A DNA stretch of 64,000 nt from Rebecca billardiae RCC1528. Taxonomy: Eukaryota > Protista > Haptophyta. Shown in pieces: positions 10,946 to 23,463 of the stretch; position 1 is the first letter of the stretch; the number at the start of each line of letters is the position of its first letter. The stretch spans positions 806,001-870,000 of the forward strand of contig OZ251238.1 in NCBI GenBank assembly GCA_965240325.2. The letters are read 5' to 3'. The translations under genes and the position numbers were made by a program. The notes beneath the pieces were generated by a model, which saw only the letters and a program-made list of their open reading frames with translations, ran no database searches and had not been told where the DNA came from.

Positions 10946-13900
10946 CGAGGGCGCGCGCGGCGGCGGCGCGGCGCACGAGGACGAGCCTGCCCCGAACCCT
11001 CACCCTGCCCCTAACCCTAACCTAGTCAAGCCGAGCACGCCGCCTCTCGCCCCGCTATGCCCGCCCGCCGCGGGCGGCGCGTCCGCGCCGCACCGCGCGG
11101 GCGGCGCGCGCGTGCCCACTCTCAACCTCCGCGGCCTCTCAGCTCGCACGGGCTCCGACGGGCCGGACAGGCCCGGCGCGTGCGCCGTGGGCGTGCTGGG
11201 CGCGCGCGGGCGCGCCGCGACGACGACGGGCGCGGCGTGTGCTGGGAACGGCACCGGACCGGCCGAGCCGCCCCCGGCCTCAGCCCTGCAGCCGTCCGAA
11301 AGTCGCGACAGCGTGAGCGCGGCGGGCGCGAGCTCGCTTGGCAGCGGCTCGCCGCCGCCCACGCCGGACGCGTGGGCGGCCGGCCGGCGGCGCGTGCCCT
11401 CGTTCGGTGCGGACGAGGCGGAGGGCGCGGCGGCGCGCGCGCGGCCCACGCGGCGCGGCAGCGGCGGCAGCAGCGGCAGCGGCGGGCTGCGGCGCGCGCA
11501 GTCGGCGCGCAGCCCGCGCCGCTCGGCCGCGCCGCTCGGCGGCGCGCGCACGCCGCGCACCGCCGCCCCGCGCTCCGCGCGCGGCGCGGGCCCGCGCGCC
11601 GCGCCGCCCGGCTGGCTCGGCGGCGCAAGCCACACGCTTGCCAATCTGTTCGCCGCACACCCGTCGCCGCGCCAGCCGTGGGGCGGACCGTTTGGCGGCC
11701 GCGGCGGCGCGCGCCTCGCCGGCGCCTTTGTCGGCTCCGCCGGCGGGCTGGGCGCGGGCGCGGCGCAGCGCTCGGAAGCGGCGGCGTTCGCGGCGCTGCA
11801 CGCCGCGGCGCGCGCGCGGCTGGCGGTGGCGCTGCAACTGCCTGAGCTGCGCGTGGCAGTGGGCGCGCCGCTCGCGTCCGCGCGCGCGCACGGCGCGCAC
11901 GTCGCGCGGATGCGCGCGCGGCGCGAGCGCGCGGCGCGCGCGCCGCCTCCGGCCGCGCACGGCGGCGGCGGTGTGGAGGGCCTCGCGCGCGCCAGCCAGG
12001 CCGACGCGCTCGCCGCCGGCGCTGCCGCGGAGGGCATGCGCGTAACCGTCGAGCTCCCGCCGATGTACATCGCCTTGACGCTTCCGCGCGCGCTCGCCGC
12101 CGCGCACGTCGCGAGCGCGGTCGCGGCGCGCGCGCGCGCGGCGGTGGCGGTGGCGCGGCGCGGCGGCGGTGGCGCGGGCGGCGTTGGCGCGGCCTCGGCG
12201 GCGCGCGGCGCGGACGCGGCCGCGCCCGCGCCGCCGCCCGCGCTCCCGCCCCTCGCGCTGCGCGTCCACCTGCCGCTGCTTGCCGTGCGGCTGCACGCGG
12301 CGCGCGGCACGGCTCTCTATGCGCCCGTGGCGCCGCCGCCGCGCACGCCGAGCGGCGGCGGCAGCGGCGGCAGTGCGGGCGGCGGCGGCGGTGGGCGGAG
12401 GGCGCGGGCGTCGATGGCGGCGGCGCAGCCGCCGCGGAGCCGCGCGCCGCCGCCGCCCAGTGGCTCCCATGCGCCCCCGCCCTCCCGCCCTCCTCCGGCG
12501 ATTGCGCTAGCGCTGCGCGTGCGCGGCGTGCGCGCGCGCGCTCTGCTCGCCCCGCCGTCGGCCGCTGCGGCGGCGCACGCGCCCGCCGCGCCGCCTCGCG
12601 CGGCGGCGCACGCGTCGCTGCCGCAGCCGCACGCCGCGGCCCTTCTCGCGATCACCGACGTGTCCGTCCGGAGCGTCAGCGTGCTGCTGCCGCACGTGCA
12701 AGCGGGCGAGCCGAGCGGCGGCGGCGGCGGCGGCGGCGGCGCGGGCGCGCGCTCGGCGGGGCTGGAGGAGCCTGCCTCGGCGGCGGCGGCCATGCTGCCG
12801 CCTCCACTGCTTCGCGTGCTCGCTGTCGTGCCTACGGCGACGGCGGGCGCGCCGGCGCTGCTGCTCGGCGGGGCCGGCGCCGAGACCGCCGCCTTGGCGG
12901 AGGGCGCGGACGGCGCGCGTCCCGCCGCCGCCGCCGCCGCCGCCGCCGTCGCCGCCGCCGCCGCCGCCGCCTCGCAGCAGCAGCCGCTGCCCTCACAGCG
13001 GCCGCGCGCGCCACCACCTGCCATCGTCGTTGCCGAGCCTGGCAGCGATGGCGAGGCCGAGGCGGCGGAGGCGGCGGGTGGCGGCGCCCCGCGCGCGCGC
13101 GCGCCGCGCCGCGCCGCGCCGCTGCACACCTCCGTCTCCGCACTCGCCATCGCCGCCGACCTGCGCGGCTGGCACGCAGACGCCGCCTCCGCGGCCGCCG
13201 CCGACCCTCTGAGTCACTCGCCGCGCGCGACACGCGACGCGCGCGCTCGCGAGTCGGCGGACGCACGCTCTGGCGCCGGCACCGGCGGTGCCGAGCGCGC
13301 GCTCGCGCTCGCGCACGCCGCGGAGGAGGCCCGGTTTCGTCAGCTGCTCGGCGTGGCGGTTACGCTCGGCCCGGAGGCTGCGGGCGCGGTGGCGGTGGGC
13401 GCGGAGGCGGCGGGCGGCTTGGGCGCGGCCGCGGGCGGCGCGGAGGCGGACGGCGGCGGCGGCGGCGCGTCGGCTGCCGCCGTCGGCGCTGCGCCGCCCG
13501 CGTCCGTCGTCGTCGAGCTCGGCCAGCCCGCGCTCGCCGAGGCCGAGGTGTCGGGGCCGCCGGGCGCGCACGGTGCGTCACGTCCTGCCGGCGCGCGTGC
13601 CCACGCCGACGCGGCCGCGACCGATGGCGACGCCGCCGAGTCCGCGCGCGCGCCGTCGGCAGCCGGCGGCGACGACGGCGGCGATGCGGGCGGTGCGGAG
13701 GCGGCGCACGCGCGCGCGCTCGCGCGCTGGGCGCCGTTCGCCGGGGAGGAAGGAGGCGGGGCGGCGGGTGCGGAGGGGGAGACCTCCTCCGCCTCCACAG
13801 CCCCAGACACGCGCGGACGGGCCGCGCTCGGCGCGACAGACTCGACCGCCGCCGACGGCGCGCCGCCGGGCGTGGCGGAGGGCGCGGGCACGGGCGCGCG

Positions 13901-16900
13901 CCCCGACGCGGCCCCCGACTCCACGCCGCTGCACGACGCTGCCATCCTGGTGCGCGTGCGCGCGCGCGCGCTCGGCACGGCCTCAGCCGCGCCGCCGCGC
14001 GCCGCCGAGCCCGAGCTCGAGCGCGCGCCGCAGCAGCGCAGCTGGCCGGCCGTCGTGTCTGTGCGCGCAGACGTGGACTGTGCGTCTGCGCACGCGTGCG
14101 TGCACGTGCCCTCGTGCGCGCGCGCCGCGTCCGCGCTGCTCCCGGCGCTCCTTCGGCCGCCGGCGCCCGCGCGCGCACCACCGGCCGCGCGCCGCGCGCC
14201 CGGCCCACCCGGGCCAACCCCGCCGCCAGCCGTGGCACTGCGCGTGCACGTGGGCGTCGCGCGCATCGGCGCCTCCGTGCTCGCAGCGAACCCGGCGCTG
14301 GCACTGCACGGCCGGCCGCTGCTGCGCGCGAGCCTGCGCGCGCTCGACGCCGGCCTGAGCGCGCGCCGCGGCGGGTCGCACGAGGCGCCTCTGCGCGTGG
14401 ACGGCGCCGCCGCCGTGCGCCTCTCTCGGCTCTTGCTCGCGCTGCCGGCGCGAGAGGCGCTGCCTGGCGGCGACGACGGCGCAGACGCGCTCTCCGCCGC
14501 TGCGGCGGAGGGCAGCGAGGGCGACGACGACGAGACGAGCGCGTCCTCCGGGCAGGACAGCGACGCGGAGGGCGGCGCCGGCGCCGGCGCCGAGCGCGTC
14601 GGTGCGGACGTGAGCTGGGCACGGCGCCCGCCGCCAGGCGCGCGCGCGCGCGCGGCCGGCGCGGGCGCCTGGCGCGCGCAGCGCAATGACGATGGGCCGC
14701 CGCGCCGCGTGGCCGCCGGCCCTCTCCCTGGCAGGCAGCGCACCGCGCTGCGCTACTTCGCGCTCGCCGCACCGCTCGCGCCCTCTGAGCGGCACGGCGC
14801 GCACGGCGCCGACGAGCGCGGCGGCGCGGCCGACGGCGCGGTGCGCGTCAGCCTGGTCCCCCTCCGGGCGGCGCGGAGCCGGCACCGCGATTCGGCCGAT
14901 GGCTCGGGCGGGGTGTTCAGCCGTGCGCCGAACGAGGGAGGAGGCGTCGGTGGTGCGTCGGGCGGCGTGCGAGGAGAGGGCGGGCAAAGCGCCGGCTCGG
15001 CGCCTCGATTCTCCGCCGCGCCCTCGCGCGACCCCTCCGCCGCCCCCGCCGCCTCCGCCTCCTCGGCCTCCTCCGCCTCCGCCTCCTCCGCCTCCGCCTC
15101 CTCCGCCTCCGCCTCCTCCGCCTCCGATGGCGACGCCGGCTCCGACGCCGACGCGACTGCCGACAGTTGGACGGACGGCGAGAGCGAGGGCGCAGCAGGC
15201 CAGGCGGGTGCGGAGGGTGCGCACGGGAGCGGCCGGTGGGCGCGAGATCGCGATCTCGCGCGGGATTCGCTCGAGATCCCGTCGCTCGGCACGTCGCTGC
15301 GCGGGCCGGCCCAGCCGGGCGCGCGGGGGCGCGCGGCGCGCACGCCGCCTCCGAGCGCGCCGCCTGCGCACGGCGGCACGGCCGCCGAGACGAGCGCCGC
15401 CGCCGCGGCCGGCGCGCGCGGCGGCGGCGCGTCGGCGCATGCCTCGCCGCATCGACAGCCGCGCCTCCGAGAGCACTCGTCGCGCCTCGGCGCGGAGGCG
15501 GACGCGTGGCGGGGCATCGCGGCCGGCGCGCGCGCCGACAGCGCCGCGCTGCAAGGCGGTGCGGCGCACGCCACCTGTGACAGCCCGTCCCCGCCGCCCA
15601 CGCCCGGCGCGTGGGCGCGGCTGCAGCCGGCGGCGGCGCCCCCGGAGCCGCCCGACCCGCCGCCGGCCGACGCCGAGGGCGGCGGGCTGCTGCGCGGCCG
15701 CGTGCCGCTGCTCGAGCTGCCGCCGCTGTGCTGCGTCGTGCACGTCGCGCCCTGCCTGGCACTGGTGGATGAGGGCTTGCTCGCGCTCGCCCTTGCCAAG
15801 CACCTGCTCGCGGACGCGCGGGAGCCAGGCGGCGCGGCGGCGGCGGGCGCGGCGGGCGCGGCCAAGCCGCTCGGCGGCGCGGGGGTCGGCGCGCGCCGCG
15901 GCTCACGCCGCTCGACGCCGCACACGCCGCGCGGCGCGGCGCCCCCCGCTGCGCCGGCGAGCGCCGCCCCGCCCCTTCCGCCGTGGCGCCTCGCGCTGGC
16001 GTCCGTCAGCCTCGCCCTGCCCGCCGACCCCGACGCGGGCACTGCGGCGGAGACTGTGTGGGTGCACGCGCGCCGCGTGCGGCTCGCGGGCGCGGTCGAG
16101 CAGGATCGCGAGTTCCCGCCGCGCCCGCCGCCGCCGCGGGAGGCGGGCGGCGTGGCGGACGCGGATGAGGCGGTCGGCGCGGCGGCGGTGGCGTGGTGTG
16201 AGCGCGTGCGCGTTCGCGCGAGCGGCGTCGCCGTGCAGGTGACGAGCGCGGAGGATTGGCGGGAGCAGCAGGAGCCGCCGCCGCCGCCGCAGCAGCCGTG
16301 GGGCGCGCCGCCGCGCGCCGCGCCTTTGCACCGCGTCTTGGCCGTGCGCCACGGCGTCCTGCTGCACGAGCTGCGCGCGCCGCTGCGCGTGAGCGCGCGC
16401 GTTGGGCTCGGCGCGGACGCGTCGACGCGCGGCGCGCTCGCGAGCGCGAGCGTCAACATGGGCGAGCCGCTGCGGCTGAGCGTGCGCCCGGCGCAGGCGG
16501 GCGCGCTGCTCTCCGTCGCCCTGCGCAACCTGCTCGTGCTGCCGCCGCGGCTGCCGCCAGAGGTGTACGGCGCGGCCGCGCCGCCGTCGGACCCGGCGAC
16601 GATCGCGCACGCCGTGGCGCTGCCGCCGGTGGCTCTGCTGCGGCTGCACGTGCGGCGGGGCGCGGTGTGGTGCGCGCCGGACCGCGGCGGCGGCGCGGCG
16701 GAGGAGGGCGGCGCGGCGCGCGGGCCGCCGGGCGCGGTGGCGCTGCTGACGTTCGCACGCGTCGCGCTCTCCTTCAGGCTGCACCGGCGCGGCCGGACAG
16801 CGCTCAACCTCGACCTGGCCAGCGCGCACTGCTACGGGCCACAGCCGCCGGTGGTCGCGCCGGTCGGCGCGCGGGCGGTCCTGCCTTCTTGGCAGGCGAG

Positions 16901-17075
16901 GGCGCACGCGCAGACGCCGCAGGCGCGGCCGAGGGCGCAGCCGCGCACGCACTCGCAGCCGCAGCTGCCCACGCGGCCGCAGCCCGCCGCGGGCACGGCG
17001 CCGGCCGACCGCGGCGCCGCGGCCGATGGCACCGCCTGGGCGGAGCTGCTGCGTCTCACTCAAGCGCGGCGCGGC

Positions 17076-17110
<35 letters not shown>

Positions 17111-20100
17111 GGGCGCGGGCGCGGGCGCGGCGCAGCCCGCTGCCGCCGCCGCCGCGCGCGCCGCCGCCGCTGGCCGCGACGACGGTGCCGCCGTCCAGGC
17201 CAGCCAGCGGCCCGGCGTCGACGCGCCTCCGCCTGGCGCCGAGAGCGAGAGCGCAGCGGCGGCGCACGGCGCGGCGGCGCACGATGCGGCGGCGCCGCGG
17301 CCCGCTTTGCCTCCGCCGCCGACGATCATGACGCCAGCGGACGTGGACGAGGAGGAGGGCGTGCGCGACGAGGGCGGCCTGCCAGCCAGTGCCGCGCGCG
17401 GCGCGCCCGCCGACGCGCGCTCGGCGGAGCCGGCCGGCGTGGGCGCGCGGGAGTCGACTCTGCCCGTGGCCCTCCGAGCGTCGCTCAAGCGCACGCCGAC
17501 AGTCGGCGGTCTCGTGGGCGCGCTCGGCGCGCCCACGCCGGGCCCCGCGTGGGGCGGGCTGCGCCTCTCGTCGCCCTCGCCGCACAGCGTGGCCCCCGAG
17601 CTGCCGCCCACGACAGTTGTCGTTTCTCTGCAGCTCAGCAGCGTGGCGCTGAGCGCGCAGCCAGCGCCCGCCCTCTCCGCCGCGACGTGGGCGCTGTCGG
17701 CGCTCGCGCACGCGGCGACGGCCGCCGCTCGGGTCGCGCGGGAGCGGGAGGCGGCGGCCGAGGCGCGCGCGGCGGCGGCGGCGGCGGCGCGGGCCAAGCG
17801 GGAGGCGCGGATGCGCCGTTGGAGGGCGGAGGCGCGGCGCGCGGCGCGCGAGCGCGCGCACGCGCGCCGCGGCGCGCCGCCCGGCGCGGCCGCGCCGCCG
17901 CCGCCGCCGCCCGGCGCGAGGCAGGCATCGCCCGCGCGCGTGCTCACTGTGACGGCGCCTGCGGCCATCTCCCTCACGGTGCGCATGGCGCTGCCTCAGG
18001 GCGTGCTGCTCGTGCCGCCGCCGGCGCGCGCCGCGTTTGGCGGCGGCGGCGCGGGCGCGGGCGTAGATTCGGCCGGCGCGCCGCACCCGGCCCTGCTGCT
18101 CGGCTGGAGCGTCCGAGCGGTCTGGTCGTCCGACGCGGACGCGACGGCTCTCAACGCCGAGGCCCACCTCACGCGAGCGCGCGCGCCGCTCGCGCAGTGG
18201 CTGCCGCGCGCGGCGCGCAGGCCGCCGGGCGCGGCGCGCGGCGCGCCGTGCGTTGCACTGCGCACGGTTGCCTCTGCCGCCGACGCCGTCGGCGTACTCG
18301 CCCGCCCCGTCTCCGTGCTCGCCGAGGCGGCGGTGCGCGGCGGCGCGCCGCGCGTGCACGTGGTCATCCCGTCTCGCGCCGAGATCGCGATCTCGCTCGA
18401 GCTCGTGCGCGCGGGGCTCGAGGCCGCGAGCGAGTGGCGCGGCGCGCTGGACGACCAGCGCGCGCGCGTGCACGCCGCGAGCGTGTTGCTTGGTGCGGTG
18501 CTCGCCGAGGCGGACGGCCGCGCGGAGGCGGGCGACGGCGCGGCGGCGGGCGCGGCGGCGTCCGGCGGCGCGCCGCCGGAGGCGCGCTCGGACGGTTCGG
18601 CCGCGGGCTTGGACGGCGGCGGCGCGCGCCGCGCGTGCGGCGGCGGCTCGCCGCGCACCTCGCGCGCGGCCGCGCTGCTCGCTGTCCCGGGTGGCGCCGT
18701 GTTGCTCGGCGGCGGCCGCTCGCCGCGCAGCTCGCACGGTGAGCCCGCCGGGGGACTGCCGGCGTCGATGGCGGTCGACCTAGAGTCTGTCGGGGCGGCG
18801 TCTTCGCTGCCGTCGACGCCGCGCGAGCCGTCGTCCGCGCTCTCGCCGCGCCGGCTCTCGTCCGACTCGGAGGGCGAGGGGGCGCGCGGCTCGCACTGGG
18901 GGCGGCGCCGCGACTTCCCGAGCCCGCAGCCCTCGCCCGTCCCGCGCGGCGGCGTCGACCTGAAGACATCGCCTGCGGACGGCGAGGGCGGCGCCGAGTA
19001 CGGCGCCTGCGAGGGCGGCAGCGCGGGCGGCGCCGCGGGCGGTTGTTGCGACGGGGGCGGTGGCGGCGTGGAGCAGGGCGCGGGGCGCGGCGGCGAGGCG
19101 GCGGCTCGCTCGCACGCGCCGCGCAACGCGCGCCGCCCCGCCGCCGCGCGGCTGCCGCCCGGCGGGCGGCTCGAGATGTCTCTCCCCGCCCTCGCCGTCG
19201 TGCTGATTGCGCCCGGCGCGGCCGCGCTGCCGCTCCTCAGGGTGGAGCTGTCCGACGTGCGCCTGAGCGGGCAGCTGCCCAGGATCGCGGCGCCGGCGCA
19301 GCCGGCGCCGCCCGCCTCGCCGCGCGGCGCGGCGGCGCGGAGCGGCGGCGCCCCCGAGCCCTCGCCGCTCGCGCGCGGCGCGCCGCACGCGCCCTCGGCC
19401 GCGTCGGCGTCGTCCGATCCGGCCGCGGGCCACGCGAGACTCGCCGAGCGCGGTGGTGCTGCCGAGGCCCCGGCTGCTCCCGCCCCGGCGCTGCCGTGGC
19501 TCGGGCAGCTGTCGCTCGCGCTGCAGTGCTCGGCGCGCGCGGAGTGGTGGCACGCGCGCGCGTTCGCGTGGGAGCCGCTGCTCGAGCCGTGCGAGCTGCA
19601 CGCGGCCGCACTCCGGCCCGCGGACAGGTCTGTGGCTGTGCACGCTCGGCTGGAGGCGGGCGGCTCGATCAACGCCACGCTCTCGTCGGCGTGTGCGCAC
19701 GAGATGCTCGAGGCGGCGGAGGCGGCGGCGCGTGCGCTGCGCGCGCCCGCGCCGCCGAGCGCGCCGCGCGCCGCGCCGCCGAGCGTGCGCTCTGTCGTCG
19801 TCAACGAGACGGGCGAAGCAATTTGGCTCGAGCCGTTCGAAGCTGCCGCGCCGGCCGGGGCGGCGGGCGCTGAGGAGGCGGGCGCGGACGGGTTCGACGC
19901 GTTCGCCGCCGAGGCGGCGGCGGCGGCGGAGCGCGGCGGCGGCGGCGGTGCCGACGACGCCGCCGCCGACGAGTCCGCTCCCGACGGCTCGGCGGCGGCG
20001 GCGGCGGGGCGGCGCTCCGCGGCGCGAGCGCGGCGCACTGCGTTTTGGTGCGCGAGGGTGGCGCGGTCGGCGAGCAAGGCGGCGGCCTCGGCGGCGGCCC

Positions 20101-22793
20101 AGCCGCGCTGCCGCCGCCGCCGCTCTCGCCGCCGCCAAGCGCGGCGGGGCCGCTCGCCGTGTACGTGCCGCCGGGCTGCAGCGCGGAGGTGGACTTCTGG
20201 GAGTCGGAGCGGCGGTGCGCGGCGCTGGGCTGGGCGACGGACGCGCCGCGCCGCGTGCGCGTGTGGCTCGGAGGCGGCGGCGGCGGCGGCGGCGGCGCGT
20301 GGCAGGAGCTGGAGGGCGTGCCGCTCAACGTGCACGGCGCGTGGACGCTGCGCCTCGCGCCGCGCCGCGGCGCGGACCTGCCGCCTCGCCGCCCCACGAG
20401 CGGAGCGCCGTCGCTGCCGCCTGCGCGCGCAGCGGAGATGTGTGTGGTCGCGCGCGTCGGCACGGGCGCGGACGGGCGCGCGCGGCTGCGGCTGCAGTCC
20501 ATGGTGCAGCTGCGCAACGCGACGCCGCTGCGCGTGCGCGTGCTCGCGCCGCTGCCCGGCGGCGAGGGCGGCGAGGGCGGCGCCGGCGTTGCCGGCTCCA
20601 CCGGCTGTGGCGGCGGCGCGCTCGGCGGCGGCGGCGGCGCGCTCGGCGGCGCCGCCGGCTCGGCCGCCGGCGCGCTGCTGGACCTGGGCGAGCTGCTGCC
20701 GGGGCAGTCGTGCGCGGTGAGCGTCGCGCGCGCGAGCGGCGCGCTGCGCTTCCTCGCCGTGCCCGCCGCGGGCCCGGAGCACGCCGCCATCGGGCCTCCC
20801 GGCACGCCGCGCCAGGGCGCGGCTCCGCGGGGCTTGGCAGGTGGCGCGCCTTCGCCGCGCGCCGCGGGCGTGGCGCGCGAGCACTGGCCGCAGGGCGGCG
20901 GCGGCGGCGGCGCGCTGCCCACGCCGCGCGAGCCGCAGCTCGCGGCGCAGGTGTCGACCGGCTCCTCCGCCAGCTCGAGCGCCGCCGCCGCGCCGCAGAC
21001 GCCCACGCCGAGCGCGTGCGGCGCGGGCCACCCCGCGCCGCACGCGGCCGCCCCGGCCGGTGGCGCGACGCCCGTGTCGTTTCTCGGAACCGACCTTTGG
21101 CTCGGCGAGCTGACAGCGTCGGACGGCGGCGTGGCGAGCGCGGAGGAGGTGGCGGAGTGGCGCGCGGCGTTCCCGCAGCTCCCGCCGACCGAGTCCCTGC
21201 TCCGCGCGTGGTCCGCCGGGCTGCACGTCGCCTCGTCCAAAGGGTACTCCATGCCGTCCTCAGGCCGACTGTTTCTCTCGACCGCGCACGTGGCGTTTTT
21301 CGCGCGCGGCCAGTCGCTCGTCTTCAAGCGGCCGCGGCGCGAGCTGCTCGCGCTGAGCAACGTGGTGGGCGTGCGGAAGCACCGCGCCGCGGGGGTGACG
21401 CGCGTGCTCGAGCTGCACACCGTCTCGGGCGCCCGCCTCGCCTTCTCCGGCTTCAGCTCGCGCAACGGCGCGCTCCACGTTTTCGAGGCCGCGCTGGCAC
21501 GCTACTCGGGCGGCGCGGGCGGGTACGCGCGCGCGGACTCGGAGGCGAACGCGCGGTTCCGCGAGCTGTTCGCGCTGGGCGGGGCGGGCTCGGAGCAGCC
21601 CGGCGCGCCGCCGCACCCCGCGCTCCCGCTCGACCCCGCCGCGCCGCCCGAGGTCGTGCTGCACGAGTTCAGGTGTGCGCTCCAGCTGTCAGACGGCGGC
21701 GGCGGCACCACCGGCGGCGGCGGCGGCCATGCTGGCGGCCACCACCATCATGGCGGCGGCGGGGCCACGACGACGTCGCAGGGGAAGCTGTACGTGTCGC
21801 AGACGGTGGTGGCGTTCGCGGGGAAGCTGGTCAACCGCTCGCTCCGCGCGGTGCTCCCGCTGCGCGAGCTCGTCGCCGTCGAGCCCGTTGACGAATCTTC
21901 GATCCTGCTCTCGTCAGCCGCGGCCTCTGATTGGACGCTCATCTTCATGAGCGCGCGCGACGTGGCCGTGTCCGCGCTGCGCGCGCGCGCGCTCGCCGCG
22001 CGCGCGCTCGCGGCGGGCGACGGCTCGGTGGCGCGGCGCCCGCCGGCGTGCGCGGTGGGCGCGAGCGCGCTGCCGCCCACCGGCTGGCCCCTCGTGCCCG
22101 CGCCCGCGCGCGACGGCGCGCGCCCGGCGGCGGCGGCGGCGGCGGCGGTAGCGGGCGGCGGCGCGGCGGGCCGCCTGCCGCCTGGGCTGGGCCCGCCGCC
22201 CGTGGGCGTGCGCGCGCTGCTCTCGGCGCGCGCGAGCTCGGCGGACGGCGGCCCCGCGGACGAGGAGACCGAGCTCTCGCGCACGCTGCCGCTGCGCGCC
22301 GCGCCCGAGGTGGCGCTCATCGCGCACGCGCGCCGGCTCCGCGCGCGCGTGCCTGAGCTGACAGGATACCCATGTACTATTGAGCTCCTCGCGCCGCTCG
22401 AGATCGAGAATCTCCTGCCCGTGACGATCGAGGTGGCGGTGCGGCTGGGCAGCGGCGGCGGGGGCGCGGCGGCGGACAAGCCTGACGGCGCGGCCGACTC
22501 GTGGCGCGGCGGCGGCGGCGGTGCCCACGCGCCCGTCACGCCCGGCGGCGGCGGCGGCGGCGGCGGCGCGGCGGCGGCGCGCGGCGGCGGCGCGCGCGGC
22601 GCGGGCGGCGGCGCGGACGCGGCGGGCGGCGGGAGCGGCGACTCTGGCGACGAGGGCAGCGTCGGCTCGGCGCTCCTCGGCACGCCGCGCTCGGCGCGCA
22701 GCGCGTGGGGCGGCGGCGGGCGCCGCGAGTCTGCGGCGAGCGCGGCGGCGGCGGCCGCGGCGACGGCGGCTCAGCAGCCACAACAGCCCGCGG

Positions 22794-22830
<37 letters not shown>

Positions 22831-23204
22831 GGCGGCGCACGGCGTCAGCTCGACGCTGTCGCCGCCGCGCACGACGCACCAGCTCTCGACGGGCAGCGCC
22901 GCGTCCGCGAGCTCCGCGCTCGGCGGCGGCGCCGCCGTCTTCCGCGCCACCCTGCCGCCCGATTCCTCCGTGATCGTCTGGCACGTACCTCCGCCGAGCG
23001 CCGCGCGAGTGTTTGTGCGTGTGCGCGGCTACGAGTGGTCCACGCCGGCTCGGCTGGCGTGGGCGCCGCCCGGCGGGACGGCGAGCGACACGCTGAGCCT
23101 GCGCTCGGCCGGCGCGGCGGCCGCGGCGCAGCAGCCGCCGGCCGAGCCCGACGGCGCCTCGTCCTACCGCTCGGCGCGCGGCGCGCTCGGCGGCGGCGAG
23201 GCGC

Positions 23205-23235
<31 letters not shown>

Positions 23236-23423
23236 GGGCGGCGCCGCGGCCGCGGGCGGCGGCGGCGTGCCTCTGCGCGTGCTGCTGCGGCAGAGCGCGC
23301 TGTCGCGCGGCCGCGCGCTGCTGCTCTCGGTGCACGCGTCGTACCACATCCACAACGAGACGGAGCTGCGCCTCGAGTTCAAGTCCGTCTTCGCACGCTC
23401 CTCTCTCGCCACGCTGGGCGCGG

Positions 23424-23463
<40 letters not shown>

